Positions 42,998 through 56,085 of a stretch of DNA of 64,000 bases are shown here, in pieces. Every line of letters begins with the position of its first letter. Positions within the stretch are counted from its first letter, which is position 1. Where the stretch lies: positions 930,001-994,000 of the forward strand of contig JALDTO010000146.1 of assembly GCA_023515725.1 (NCBI GenBank). Reading direction: 5' to 3'. A model generated the notes under the pieces. That model did not search any database and was not told the origin of the DNA. It saw nothing but the letters and a program-made list of their open reading frames with translations. The position numbers and the translations under genes were made by a program. The DNA comes from Amoeboaphelidium protococcarum X5. Lineage: Eukaryota; Fungi; Aphelidiomycota.

Positions 42998-44622
42998 TCA
43001 ATAGCCAAAGCATTCTAAATTTATCAGCGACTAATGAGAATTAGCCATCGATAATAGAGGCCTCTCAATCTAAGACGATCGGCGTCGGCTTTAACGATTA
43101 TACACAGACATACCATTATTTTAACTCAGCCACTGCTTGTATAACATTCTCTTCTATCTCATCTGCGGTGATGTTTGTGATGTAAATGTTGTCACTGATG
43201 AACATTGACTCAGAGCGGAACAGGATCGCTGTAACGTGGAATCTTTACTTTGATCCTCTTGGTTCTCTTTAATAAACTCAATGACCAATTACTGCATCAG
43301 CGGCTATATTCGGACGGTATTTGGCTTCAAAATCTTGTAAATTTGTGGACAAAAATTTAAATTACTCTACAACTCAGTACTAGATGTATTAACGATAAAA
43401 TAGAAAGAGCCAGCAGTATTCTAAACCACTTTCCGCATTGTTGCTCTACAATTAGAGTCCACATTACGAGGTGAGACGCACAGAATAGGAACACGTAATG
43501 ACTCAATATTATTACACAAGCCAAAGGTAGAGTTTAGCAATATTACAGCAGAGATGTTTCTGTTCAATTCACACACACCTAGAACTGCAGAGCTATCATC
43601 CAAAAGACTGATTAGAGTAATAGCACCAGTATTGACTCGATTCCCAAATAGCTTATACTATGGCGCCAAATCATGATCTTCAGACTATAATGGGTCCAAT
43701 GATCTCTAAGAAATGGACTAAATCATCTTTTCCATTTCCTCATTCAATTCTGCCGCATTTACTGAGCATTATATCAAGATGATACATATTACAGCGCCTT
43801 GGAATGTTAACTTTTTGAGTAAGGACCAAGGCAGATTAGTGCCATTCTAAAGTAAAATTACCATAAGCGGATACGAATCCTCTTAATCGGAAAGTTCAAT
43901 CTGATTGCGAGACGATACAGACTCGTAACAAAATTTATCAAATTTATCAATCTAATCTTGAGTCAGCCAATTTACAATCTTTTGAACTTAACTATGGTAA
44001 CCATTCGAATGGATGGGATTCATTGAACATGATTTAATATCGATAGTCTAATCATCGTGACAATAAGTATCACATTCAGTATCTTTATCAAAATCAAACG
44101 GATAAAAGAAATTAAGCTCAGACAAGCTTTTATTATCATCAAGCGAGACTTGTAATCTTGCCATAACTGTTGATAAATGACTCTTCACTTTGATATCATT
44201 ATTAGAGTAGAATTACAGCTTTAATGCCTGATCCAAAATAGCGCAGGAAATCCAAAGAGCAACATAAGTGATATCCAACCAAAAGAGCGACAATGTATTA
44301 AAATCAAAGAGACAGAGACCAAGTTTCAAGAGCAAATACACACCAGAGACCAGGTTGGATAATTATTACATGCGACTACAAACAAGCAACATAAAAAAAT
44401 CATATCATAATAAAGATGATTAATATACCTCTAATTCTTTGATATTATTATCTAAATTACCAAAGATGTAAGCATGATAGAACATAATTTTTCAGACAGC
44501 AAAGAGTGCAGATCCCATTAGACTCGATACCATAATGGAAGAAAGTTGTAAGAGAGAGCCAGGGCAGAGTATATCAAAATCGGAGCTTAAATGTTCATCA
44601 AAGATACCATACGATATTACAT
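42998..44622 (-). CDS. Hypothetical membrane-anchored protein, possibly a degenerate alpha/beta-hydrolase; 1 intron near 44376-44428
   Basis: Long TGA-free frame under TAR=Gln. Hydrophobic N-terminus, FFYP, YPLMVIL, LRVPILCV. No GxSxG motif. Confidence 0.55.
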
Positions 44623-44897
44623 TCAAGTTTCAAAAAAAGACTAAACTTATCAAAGTATTCCAATACTATCAACAGACTCAAATGATGACTTACAGTATAT
44701 AGTCACCTTTTAATGATTGATCAGGAAGAAGGACGGACAGTAAATGTTCAAACAAAACAATTAAATTTCATTTTTGTGATCGAGAAAGTGTCGCTTTCAT
44801 TAGCGATTCATCTTGTCCATTGGTAGTTAATCGGTGCTGGTGCATTTTATAAATTATTCGGCAATTATCTACTGCTTAATAAAGCTGGAGCGGAAAG

Positions 44898-45983
44898 ATG
44901 GGAAATAGCTTGGCGAGTCTTAGCATTTCCAATTCTTAAAGTAATGGTTGTGATATATCAACTGAAAGCGCGTAAATTCATGCACCGTTATCAGTTAATG
45001 GCAGAACTCCCGCTAATTCTAATGCGGCTGCTGGACTCAAGAGGCGATAATCACAAGAGAGTGTTAATACATAAATGGAGACTGTTAGTTTAAGGCTTTC
45101 CAATAAAAAGACGCGTCTATTTGCAGTGCCACCAACACCGGAAAGCTATTTAGACATAGGCGATGATGGTGATGATGATCCTACACTTTTGTGTGATGAT
45201 GAACAAGATAGATAAATTCACTCAGCGAACGTTCGCGAAACACCATCTGTGACATTCCTCGACGCTTTTATGATCCAAGATGACTGGCTGCCATCAGCGC
45301 GTTCAATATATGAATTGAATCCCAAGTATGCCAAGGTGTAGCTTAGGTAGTAGCTGATCGATCAGATGGCCAAGTACTGCTTTAGGTTGAAATTCCAGAA
45401 GGAGACTCTCTACGTTGCTTGCACGTACATGGATCGATATTTGAGCCGTGTGCGAGTTGTTTAATAGAAGCAATATGCTCTGCTAGCTATGACTTGCACC
45501 TACCTCGCCGGTAAAATTGAGGAGGAGATTTATGATCCAACTTGCAGCTAGATGATTGCGTGTTACAATTCTGTAACTAGCGATGTTGATGGTGAGTATA
45601 AGTTCACAGCCACTGATCTTAGGCGGATGGAACGCAAGTTGGTAGTTGTTATAAAGTACAACGTTCTGATGTCCACACCCTCATAAATGCTCGATTCAAT
45701 GTGTAAATAACTACTTCACGAGGAGTAAACTTATATTTAGGAGCGAATGATATATCTGGCGTAGGATGTCATCTATCATTCTATATACTATCTCGATATT
45801 CTCTGTGCCAGGCCTCAGATCATATGTGCCGCGTCGTTACTAGTGGCTATGAACAAGAGTATACTCCGCTATCGACGTGACCTTGACAGTACATCACTTC
45901 AACTGTCTATTTAATGTGCATGCGAGTCACGAGAAATTTTGAATATTTACGATCTCATGACTTCATCTGTAATATCCAATTGA
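44898..45983 (+). CDS. Cyclin (divergent, G1/S D/E-like features)
   Basis: 362 codons. Cyclin box LRQQLIDQM..ETLYVACTYMDRYL..LLAMTCTYLAGKIEEEIYDP..LRRMERKL. Absent from the ORF track because of TAR codons. Confidence 0.85.
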
Positions 45984-46101
45984 CATTTCTTAACTGTCTC
46001 CTCAGATGATCATTTTCTCTTTTTAGCACTTTCATTCTTTCTTACTTTGTTACTTGTGTGAGAAATATAATAAAGCTGAAAGATCAATCAATTAAATAAA
46101 G

Positions 46102-46447
46102 ATGGCGGCTGCGATGTGGTTGCTTTACAATTTAATAATTTGTATTGGGCTAGTATTATTGGCACTGGCCTTTACGCCAAAGTCTCATCCAGATAAATTG
46201 TAAGTCGATGATATTTTGCTTGAAGCCATCTGGTATTGAGAATATTAATGAATGTAGAGTTATTAAAACTTCGATTATATTGACAGCTGTGTGTCTCTAT
46301 TTACTGTAAGGATAAATTGTTGATAATGCTCTTTGAAACTATAACTTTAATTATATTTCATATATTGTTGAGTTATGTAGATGGGCAATAGCGTTCATGG
46401 CATAATTGAATCCGCTTATACAGCCAAAGCCTCATGGAATCCGTTGA
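46102..46447 (+). CDS. VMA9: V-ATPase V0 subunit e; 2 introns
   Basis: Spliced product MAAAMWLLYNLIICIGLVLLALAFTPKSHPDKLVIKTSIILTAVCLYLLWAIAFMAQLNPLIQPKPHGIR*. The AQLNPL Gln is TAA. Confidence 0.9.
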
Positions 46448-46568
46448 TTTTTTAAGAATTGATTACAATAGACTGAATGCACTGTGAATTTAATTGATAT
46501 AGTATTTCATACATTTATTTTATGTCCTATTTTTATTTAACAATAAGCATCATTAAGTTGAGATTTAA

Positions 46569-48014
46569 TCAATCAACGGCGAGAAATTAATGCTCCAAAG
46601 CTTTAGATGATGAGAGACGAGCCAGGTAACACGGCTCTAGGCAATGCTTTAGGAAATCCATAAATCCGTACTTATCTTCTTCCACCTCTTGCTTCAATCT
46701 CGGATTCAGCTTCTGCACAATAGTCTTGAATTCAACCTTATCCTGTGGAATAGTCGGAATTCTAGTGTTCCAAGACCGGCAATATATTTATGCGTACATC
46801 TCCATCGCCGTTTGACCAAAAATGCAAGCGATTTCCACTATCGCCTCTTGATCATCTTGTGAGTTGAAGAAGGGAAATTGACGAGTAAGCAGACAGAGCA
46901 GTATCACACCCACAGACCACATATCAATTATAGGAGTCTGATGGAAAGTCTTGAACAGCACCTCGGGAGCGCGAAATCCTCTAGTTCCAGCTCTATCGGC
47001 ATGCAATGGCTTTCTACACAGTTGATGTAAAAGTGTTCCGATACGTGACATCAAACGATGAACATAATAATACTCACCTCGGATCTTTCACGTAAACTCC
47101 AAAATTCTGATATGGCACCGGATGTTGGACACGTTCCCGTTCCAACTCCTCCATTTCATTAATGTGCTCCTACGATTCGGCATACTACACACTATTAAAT
47201 CTTCAAACGCTTGATCGATCGGCCGACCAGCAGAACGCGCGTCAGAGTAAATGACAGTTTGAAACAAAGAAATAGACAACGAAACAACTTACATGAGCTA
47301 GTCCAAAGTCAGCCACGACACCAGTTCTTTGGCGATAATCATACAGAAAGTTACTCGGCTTTATGTCGCGATGTATAATATTCAACGAGTGAATGTGAGA
47401 CAGCCCGGCGACGAGAGATTTAAAGTAGTAACGCATATCTTCCAGAGACATCATATGCAGCAGATATCTGAAATCGTCGTGTTACACGTATGGAGTGATG
47501 ACAAATATCTAGTCTTCATGGCGAAACGCTGTAATTAATGACAAGACATTCTTGTGACTTTTAGGAGCACTACATGTACAAGAACACATCGCTTAGATAA
47601 ATTTCAATTTAATTAATAGGGCGATATTACCTGAGCGTTTATAAAAGGGAAATCTCAGTTAATATTCTCTGAGGAGAACTGACAGTGTAGATTCTCTTTA
47701 GAGCGACCATAGTCTTCTTCTTGCCCTTCTCCTCAAAAATCTTCACCTAATCGTTCATCCATCTGGAGTTGTCATACTTTTCAAATTCTTCATCCACAGC
47801 TTTATACACTGTTGAAAAAGTTCCTACAAGACAGTAAAGAAGGTTGTGGTGTGATGATGTGATGTAAGAAATTTGCATTCTTACCTTCGCCAATTGCATC
47901 AACGATACTGTATCTCTGCAAGAGAAGAGGACAAGCTTTATTGATCGCATTTACATCTCTGACCAGAACCTTATCCGTTGAATCAAGTCTTTTGAGGTGC
48001 TACTTGATGGTCAT
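46569..48014 (-). CDS. CDC7: Cell division control protein 7 kinase; multiple introns
   Basis: IGEGTFSTVYKA, VALKRIYTVSSPQRI, HRDIKPSNFL, DFGLA, ADRAGTRGFRAPEVL. Confidence 0.93.
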
Positions 48015-48344
48015 ACTGTTTTGAATCGTGGAGTTTTACCTGAAACTGTATCCTAAGCTGAATAAGAGAGAGAGAGAGAGAGCTAGGAAACTCCACTGGA
48101 CGCGACTCTTCCAAAGTTTGAAACAACGCTCGCCTTTACAATGAAAGTTTTAGAGACTGTACGCCTTTCTAGGACCAGCTTTGCACTGCATCAAAGATCG
48201 ATCTTCAAGCATAAAGTAAAATCAAAATGTGAAAATAGAGTAAACTTACTATACTTGACAACTTTAACTCTTAATATACTCATTCGACACTGTTTATAAA
48301 ACACAACAATCCCCTCAGTCTTCGTCCATCTGCTCCAACAATAG

Positions 48345-49247
48345 TCATGTGCTCCCATTCAGGCCGGTCCGTGAGCCATCATTATCTTAATATTTTACAG
48401 AATTTGGCTACAATGTATTCAAAGGCATATTACTATTTTGCACAGTATTGCGGCCAGTTTCCAGATCATGCTGAGATGACACGGACATATGTTCCCCAGA
48501 GATTATATCTCTATCAAGACGCGGCATACCAGCCATTTTGGACCACAGAGGATAGTAACAAAACGAGTAGATCAAACATGCTACGATAAAACCGAGGAGA
48601 GATCCAACTACCACATCCTACCAATGATGTCTATAATCACGAATCCTGCTCATAGCCACAAGGGCGGCACAACTTATGAGCACCAAAAATGGCATAAACT
48701 TGTACAAGTAAGCGCGACCACTTAACATTCTAATCTTACCAGAGATGTACAGAGCGAGATAAGTCAGTCCAGCAAAAGAGAATGACGCGTGTCCAGATGG
48801 GAAACTCTTCCGCCCTTCATACACCAGATCAGCATCACCGGTACAGGGGCTGTTAGGAGCAGTGCCAGACGGCTGACAACGATCCAGGAAATCTGGTCTC
48901 AGTCTTCCAATCAACAACTTGACAATGTCCGTGATCAGGTAGGTGATTAGCAAAGTCAGTAGTAGTCCAAGGATAGCGTGATGCAAATCATATCTAGTGC
49001 GTCTATATGTCAATCCAATTACCACAATTCCAACCAGAGGAACAAGGCCGCCAATAATAAAGAGTGCATACGGTGGCACAGTTTCCTAAATATGAGGATA
49101 CTGAATACTCTAATCATTAAGAAAGTAATAACGCTAAAATGGATAAATAAACTAAAGGCCAATACCAAGAGCGATGAAAGCCAGTACAATCGCCCATTCC
49201 CAAATGTAGACTTTTAGTATCTTCTTGACGCTCTGCAATTAAATCAT
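48345..49247 (-). CDS. PAP2-family lipid phosphate/diacylglycerol pyrophosphate phosphatase (Dpp1-like)
   Basis: KLLIGRLRPDFLDRC, SFPSGHAS, SRIRDYRHHWQDV. 301 codons. Confidence 0.92.
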
Positions 49248-50007
49248 TCTTACAGTAATATTTATTCTGCAATTTAGCTACAATTATTCAAGTATAAATG
49301 CGATTATAGTTGCGCCGCTTAGCAACTCTGATGTGGAAAAAGTCTGCGATTAAAATAAAGTCGCAAAGATTTGATAAAAACAGGGGACAAGCCCAGCCAA
49401 GGATGTGACGAAGATTTCAAGGAGTACAAAGATTCAGTCAGATTAAAGTTTAGCGATGAGGGATCACATTTAGTAATTGTGCAAATAATGCGATTGGCGT
49501 ATAAGCTGCGATAGAAGACCATGACTTTATTTAAGCTTAGATGAGTTACTTAAACAATCTATAATGCAGTTTCAGTGAGTATCGGCACACCATAAGCTTT
49601 AATCAGTCTTCAAGCTAAAGACGCGAGTTTAACGCTGCTTTAGTATGCGTTATATAAGTGAAACTAAGCATTAGCGTAATGATTACACTTTTTATTAAAT
49701 CAATTCACATTGATTGCAAGATAACTACAACAAAGTCAACATACAAGCAGTCAAAGTTATAGTTAACCAAACTAAAAATCATCAGCTGATCTCTGTCGTC
49801 AGTTTGATCACGTCGCACATTGTTTAACTCTTTCTCTGAAGCCAATCTCTCAGCCGTTGCAGTTAATTTCCTTCCCGAGTCAATTGGGCTTTCTGTTCTG
49901 CCTGAATTAAAGCTTTTATTTTTTACTGATAAGCACCTCTATTTGAATTATATATTCTTTATACACATCACCGACTAGCTGGGTAATCTTTTAATTAATA
50001 ATACACA

Positions 50008-50634
50008 ATGTCATCTCCAAGAAGGCGCATTGAGACGGACGTTATGAAGCTGTAAGTTTTTCTATATCTATGATGATGGTTAACTCTAATCACTGTTAAT
50101 GAAAATATGTGTAGGCTTATGAGCGATTATGAAGTGACGTTGGTCAATGACAACATGTAAGAATTCTATGTGCGATTCAAAGGTCCGAGCGACACTCCAT
50201 TTGCGGGTGGAGTGTGGAAGATACATGTCGAACTGCCTGACCAGTATCCGTACAAGTCGCCATCGATTGGATTCATAAACAAGATTTTCCATCCGAACAT
50301 TGATGAACTGTCTGGATCCGTGTGTTTGGATGTGATCAACTAGACTTGGTCACCAATGTTTGATCTGATCAACACCTTTGAAGTATTTCTCCCACAGCTG
50401 ATCAGGTATCCTAATCCGACTGATCCTCTCAATGGAGAAGCGGCCGCTCTACTTATGCGGGACCAAGCTGGCTATGATGCCAAAGTGAAAGAATATGTAA
50501 AGCGATATGCTACAAAGGAAGCATATGATGCCGTTGACCAAGAATCTGATGAAAGTGATGCCGAGATGAGTTCACTCGACTCTGATGGTGATGACCATGA
50601 CGACGATGAAGCCACTGCCAACATGGAAATGTGA
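50008..50634 (+). CDS. UBC8: Ubiquitin-conjugating enzyme E2 H; intron 50052-50114
   Basis: [21 protein letters not shown] (Q=TAA at 50158), [20 protein letters not shown] (Q=TAG at 50341), acidic tail. Confidence 0.95.
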
Positions 50635-50786
50635 GTATTGCTGTGTTGTTGAAATACACTAGTACCTGTTACATAAGAAATTAAAGCACCTTTTATTCGC
50701 TTCATATAACAACGTCTCTCTTCCGAACACAATCACAGCCTTATTACATTCTCACAGACAAAAAGAAGCAGCAACCTTCAGTCGAT

Positions 50787-51853
50787 TCACTACTGCTGGC
50801 CCAGATTAGAACCCACCTTGTAGCCACTGATCTTGCTCCATTCTATCTTATTTCTGGTGACTGGAAGAGCACGGCGGAGGCTCTTGAAAGTTGCATCCGA
50901 CAGTTGAGCATAACTCTCATTCAACGCAGACTGATACTCCACCTCGTCCTCTTTAATACGCTTAACCAGAGCCGCCGCAAACTTTTACGGAGAATCCTAC
51001 ATTGGTATATTACGGATAAATAACATATATATCAAATATCTAGCAAGTAAACTACAAGGTACTTACACTAAAGTCTACGGAAAAGGAGACATCTTTGGAA
51101 GAATTTAGCTGAACGTTACCATCTTCATAGTAATGCACTTGGACTTTAATAAAACCAGTAACAGCAACAGATCCCTTGCCTGATGCAGTAAATACATACT
51201 CAGATCTCCAACGACCATTCCAAAAATTGGATGGATTGTACTTATTAGAAGCAGTAATGACAGCAATCTTCTCGCCGTTGACCATGGTAGCAGAACATCC
51301 ATTCATATAGTGTTCATCCGAATACTTTTTCACTTCGGCATCCACGGCGGCTCTCAGATCCTCATGAGAGTGCTGCGATGGCGCCTACTCCACATTGCTA
51401 GCAGTCTACTTGATATGGTCAAATTTGAACTTTTACTTTGAGCGAAAGTCAACAAAGGTGCCGTCTGCTTGCTCATTGTATTTAGAGACAATTGCTCTCT
51501 GAGATACGTCTTCCTCATTGTCATTCTAGTTCTCATTCAACTTGCAGGTGATAAACTGCTCAACGTTATAGTCATGAACAGCCTTTTTAATTCCACCTTA
51601 CAGCTTTACATCGTCATTAATCAACAGTCGGACATCTACCATATATCATTATAAGTTTATTAATTCAACTAGTCTATAAATGTGAACACACATACCATTT
51701 AGAACCTACAAGAATTATAAAGATTCAATGAATATAGAAATTTTAGACTCAAAGCTAATGTAAAATATTTACCTCATGAAATTCTCCAGGCGGACTGTCC
51801 AAAATAAATTTAGAAGACAACTTGATCTTTTACTCAACTGCAACTTCAGGCAT
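50787..51853 (-). CDS. CAP1: F-actin capping protein alpha subunit; several introns
   Basis: SPPGEF, NFWNGRWRS, VQVHYYEDGNVQL, FKSLRRALPVTRNKIEW. Confidence 0.94.
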
Positions 51854-52162
51854 TTTGATGGATGGAAATGCTGTTCAGAGGGCAATATCGATTTCAAGTA
51901 TTTCACAGCGACTTTAATGAAATGAAAGAAACAGAGAAAGAAGAGTTTGTTCTGAATGTTTAGAGTTCGATCGCTCGTTCCTTCCGCAAGTCGTTTCAAA
52001 CACGGCGTTCAACACTGATTGACATTTCGTTCCCAAGAACCTTCACTTGCTTGTTTCACCGCAACACTGAGCTTTGCTCATTAAGTCAAGAGACGAAAGC
52101 TAGCATTAAGTACTTTATATTTGAGTCAATAGAATTATATAAACACCTTATACAAATTGAGC

Positions 52163-53413
52163 TCACTTCTTTTGCTTTTCACGCGCTTTCCTCTCGATAT
52201 CTCCGTAATTTACAACTCTCTTCTTGGTGGCAGACGGGAATATCTCGTAGCAAGTCTTACAGTACGGCTTCTCATCAATGCTGTAGTATTTCCCACCTTC
52301 ATTAGCCATATTCTTCTCACAGCCAAAGCATACAAAGTGATTCTCACACCATTTCTGGTTCATAATGGGAATAACTATACTCATAGATTCACTTATAATA
52401 GCGATTTGAACAAAAAATAAATTAAATACAGCTCACCTTTTCCTCTGATATAGTCGAAACAACGACCGCACTTGGAGCCTGCAAGTTCATTGAAGTGCAA
52501 CTCACAGTAAGGCCTTCCTTGATGTTCATGGAACGTACTAGTATCAAACGGCTATTCACATTTACTGCAGACAAAATGCTACACTCAAATTATTAATACA
52601 TGATTACTCAATAGTTCTAGATTGTGATAAAAGAAATGATCTACCTCTGGATGAAACGACTTGCCCATTGCTGTGACTATTCTGCCATAAATTGGCTTTT
52701 TACAGACATAGCAGGGAGGTGCAGTTGCGCGTATATAGTCTTCAGGACAATACAATTGACCATTGAACTTTTTGTAGTCCTTGTTCAACTACTTGCTGCA
52801 GAGGACACAGGTGAAGTGAAACGCGTGATGTTTCTGATCCTCATAGATGAGCGTTTCTTCCTCTTTCAGAATCGGTTTCTTACAGCGAGGACACTCAGTT
52901 TTACTAACTTGGATATCTACTCAAATCGTTGGCACGGCTAGTAAAGACATCAGAATATGTGGAAGAAGATCAATAATACCTATATTCTTTAGTTTTAAGT
53001 GGCACTCTTTGCAGAATGGTCGGTCGCCCTTCTTCATGTAGCTGCTGCCTGCCAAAACTTTTCCGCAATGATCGCATGTAAAATGGTCAGCGTGCCATTT
53101 GAGATCCAGTGCGTCGATCATCCTTTCCATTATCAGCTCTCCACATCTGGCACATCTATCGCCGAATATGGTGTAATAGTCCTACTCGCAGTACAAATGC
53201 TTATCTTCAGCTTATATAAATGAGCCATCAGGGAATGGCCTTAAACATTCGAAACATCTACACTCCAAAATCTAGCATACAGTGCCATTGTTCAAAGATC
53301 CGAAACTTTTATAATTCGACTTACATGAAACACTCCTGATGAAATTTAGACTCCAAGGCGCTGACAGACTGGCTATCAATATTTTCATTACAGTTAAAAC
53401 AAGCAGTGGCCAT
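52163..53413 (-). CDS. Five-LIM-domain protein, PINCH (LIMS)-like; about 4 introns
   Basis: Five LIM domains and nothing else. PIYGRIVTAMGK..HFVCSKCE.PF, YCELHFNELAG and C-terminal DEKPYCKTCYEIFP..KKR parallel the PINCH LIM4/LIM5 pattern. Confidence 0.8.
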
Positions 53414-53625
53414 ATCAATATATTTAGTAGAATTGATCTAAAGCTGACAGTAGACAAATTCACTTTATACTCGAGCTGAAGTTGAAACAGTTCTGTGAAA
53501 CAACGAAGAAGTTCAGTTGCGCGCAGTTGGAAGAAATCGCAGAACAGTCCTTCGCGCCTCACTCCTTTCAGTTATACAACATTGATCAATTTATTAATAT
53601 TATCTGATACGATAAGTGCAGAAAA

Positions 53626-54416
53626 ATGGCGTAGTAAAATGCAATTTCAAAGATGCTGCCTCCATAGGTGAGAGACTTTGTGGTCAAGACTCTGGGAAAG
53701 AATTGTACGTCAAAGTTGGTGGATGAGATGGATTTCAAGGATAAGGCATGTGTCAGCCTGGCTGTAAGTAAAGTCGTCGGCTTGGGTATTGTCGCTGGAT
53801 CTTCGCTGGATCTTCGCTGGTTAAAGTTCCGCAATTGCTGAAGATTGTTGCTAGTGGTAGCGCACAGGGAATCTCGCTGAACTCCTATATCCTAGAGACT
53901 GTCGCCTATTGCATCGCTTTGGTGTACAATTATCGACATGGAAACCCGTTCAGCACTTACGGAGAGTCGATTTTCGTGACGCTGTAGAATTTTGTCATTA
54001 TTACGCTGATGTTGTGGTACGGCAGATAGGTTGGAACTTTAAGTGTAGTTGTGGCCGCTTTCGCCAGTATCGTGTATGCATTGATGGATCCGACGATTGT
54101 TACGGAGAAGTACTTGATGATGGCTCAGACAGCCACCATTCCGATCTCTGTGTCTTCAAAGATTCCTTAAATAGTTACAAACTATTCGCAGCAATCCACT
54201 GGTTAGCTATCCTTCCTGACGGTATTGCTCTTCTTTGCGGGCAGCTTGGCTAGAATATTCACCACTATGACGGAGATCAAAGGTGACAAAGTATTACTGA
54301 CGGGCTTCACTCTGGCTACCGTGTTTAATGGAATTTTGCTTCTACAAATGTTTTTGTATTGGAACAGCAAAGGCGTGTCTACCAAGAAGGTGGCTGCTTC
54401 TAAGAAGACCAAGTGA
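53626..54416 (+). pseudogene. MPDU1: MPDU1 (mannose-P-dolichol utilization defect 1, PQ-loop) with a frameshifting 11-bp tandem duplication
   Basis: VSKVVGLGIVAGSSL|VKVPQLLKI and SKIPQI..STGQLS. TCGCTGGATCT is duplicated at about 53792-53813, giving a TGA at about 53839. Confidence 0.8.
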
Positions 54417-54621
54417 TTAGCTAGCTCCTATTTCGAATATAATAAATTACCTTTTGAGATGGCTTTCGTTAAAGAATTTTTATTTACAGTGTTCATCGTC
54501 TATACAATACTGTACTAGACACCCTCAACTAAATTGCATTTCTCACGAGAGCCATCTTAAGACGCGCTACAATAAATTCAGCTTTGAATCTTGGTGAAAT
54601 CTAGTTAACAAATAGAACTTT

Positions 54622-55229
54622 ATGAGGCGCTTATAATCGGTAAAAGAGCCTGCTCTAGACTCAACCGTGTTTCTAGTAAATTTATCCAACAAAACGTTCG
54701 ATAAGAACTTCGGTGTCTATAAAGGTAAGCATGAGAACGGTCGCGCGAAGGTGTTCATTGATGGCAAGGAAGTGCTGATCAAACCTGAGAACTGTCTCCT
54801 GTATGAAATGATCCTTTAGTAGATCCCTCTTGGATTATATGGTGTCTGCGTAGAGGCATAGCTGATGTTAGCGATATAATTTCTCCACGCGCAGATATTA
54901 AACATCGAGTGGACCAAGTTTCAAGCACGTTCAAGTTGAATACATCTTCGCCGCAGTTCGTGGCCAGTGCTCGCTTCCAATGTCTCGATATGGGTCCACC
55001 TCAACCTAATGACTAGATGTACTTTATGATGAAGGCGATGATTCCTGACTGTATTGGCGATAGAGTAATTGACTTTAATCGATTCGGACACGGTGTCAGC
55101 TATCCTGCAGATGATGAAGATTTCAAGTGCGAAGTGTTGAAGAGAATCAAAGAGTATTTGCTATCAGGCATGTGCGAGAAATGTCAAGTTAAAATGTTTG
55201 AATGTGGCGATTATCTAGTCGAAAATTGA
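54622..55229 (+). pseudogene. Unknown-family gene, tandem copy 1 (one frameshift near 54806)
   Basis: VFLVNL..FGVY..NGRAKV..IKPENC then KEYLLSGMCEKCQ..FECGDYL. Alignment to copy 2 needs a frame change. Confidence 0.65.
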
Positions 55230-55387
55230 AACCATCTTTGTACTTATATATATATCCCTCATGTAAATAACGAATGTTATTGATAGATTTAATCGCTTTC
55301 AATACGTTTCTTTCATCGGTTTCCTAGATTGACACTCTCTGTTGATCTACTACTGAGATTAGACACAAATATATTTAATTCTAGAAT

Positions 55388-56023
55388 ATGGTGTATATAT
55401 TTACTGATAGATTTAATGTAAAAGAGGGAGAAGTGGTGTTCACAGTCAATTTGAAGAATGAGAATTATGAGAGAAAGTTTGGTGTATGTTAGAAGATGAA
55501 TAATGGTCGCGCGTGTTTGAAATGAATGGGACCGTGGTAAAGATACAGCCGTAGAAGTTACTGATATGCAGCCCTTTGCCTACTATAGATGATTCATTAA
55601 TTATTGAAGCTCTTCTGTAAGGGCGCGAAGGTGTGCATCATATGGTTGTTGGGAGAAATGGTCGCGTGGACATTTAACATCGGATCCTGGAAATTTAGAA
55701 TGGATTCAAGTTGCGGAGTGATAATCCACAGTTTGACCCTGATTTCAAACTCACATGCTTAGATGGTACCACCACGTCCCGATGATAAGATGTGGGAAAT
55801 GTTGAATGAGCACAAGTTTCCATGTCGTGGCGATGGATTGGTCAATTTCAGGAGATTTGGGCAGGGTATTGAATATCCTGTTGACAGCGTGGATTTCCGC
55901 GAACAGGTGAAGAAAAGAGTAAAGGAGTATTTCATTTCTGGTATGTGTGAGCGTTGCCAGATTATGAACTTTGAGTGCGGCGATTATCTTGACGATCAGG
56001 GTTTTTTGATATATTACTCATGA
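55388..56023 (+). pseudogene. Unknown-family gene, tandem copy 2 (frameshifts near 55515 and 55762)
   Basis: VFTVNL..FGVC..NGRA..IQPQKL then KEYFISGMCERCQ..FECGDYL. Clearly paralogous to copy 1. Confidence 0.65.
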
Positions 56024-56085
56024 ATATCTTGAAAAATAAGATGTGGTAGATTTTCTTTACAATAGAGTTATAAAACTGGTGTTTC

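Noticed and set aside
53764-53820. GTAAGT as an intron donor that could rescue the MPDU1 frameshift
   Set aside because: It encodes the conserved VSK..GLGIV segment, and I see no AG acceptor that restores the frame while keeping KVPQ.
54622-56023. Programmed ribosomal frameshifting in the tandem paralogs
   Set aside because: The frame breaks occur at different, non-homologous positions in the two copies and no shared slippery site is visible.
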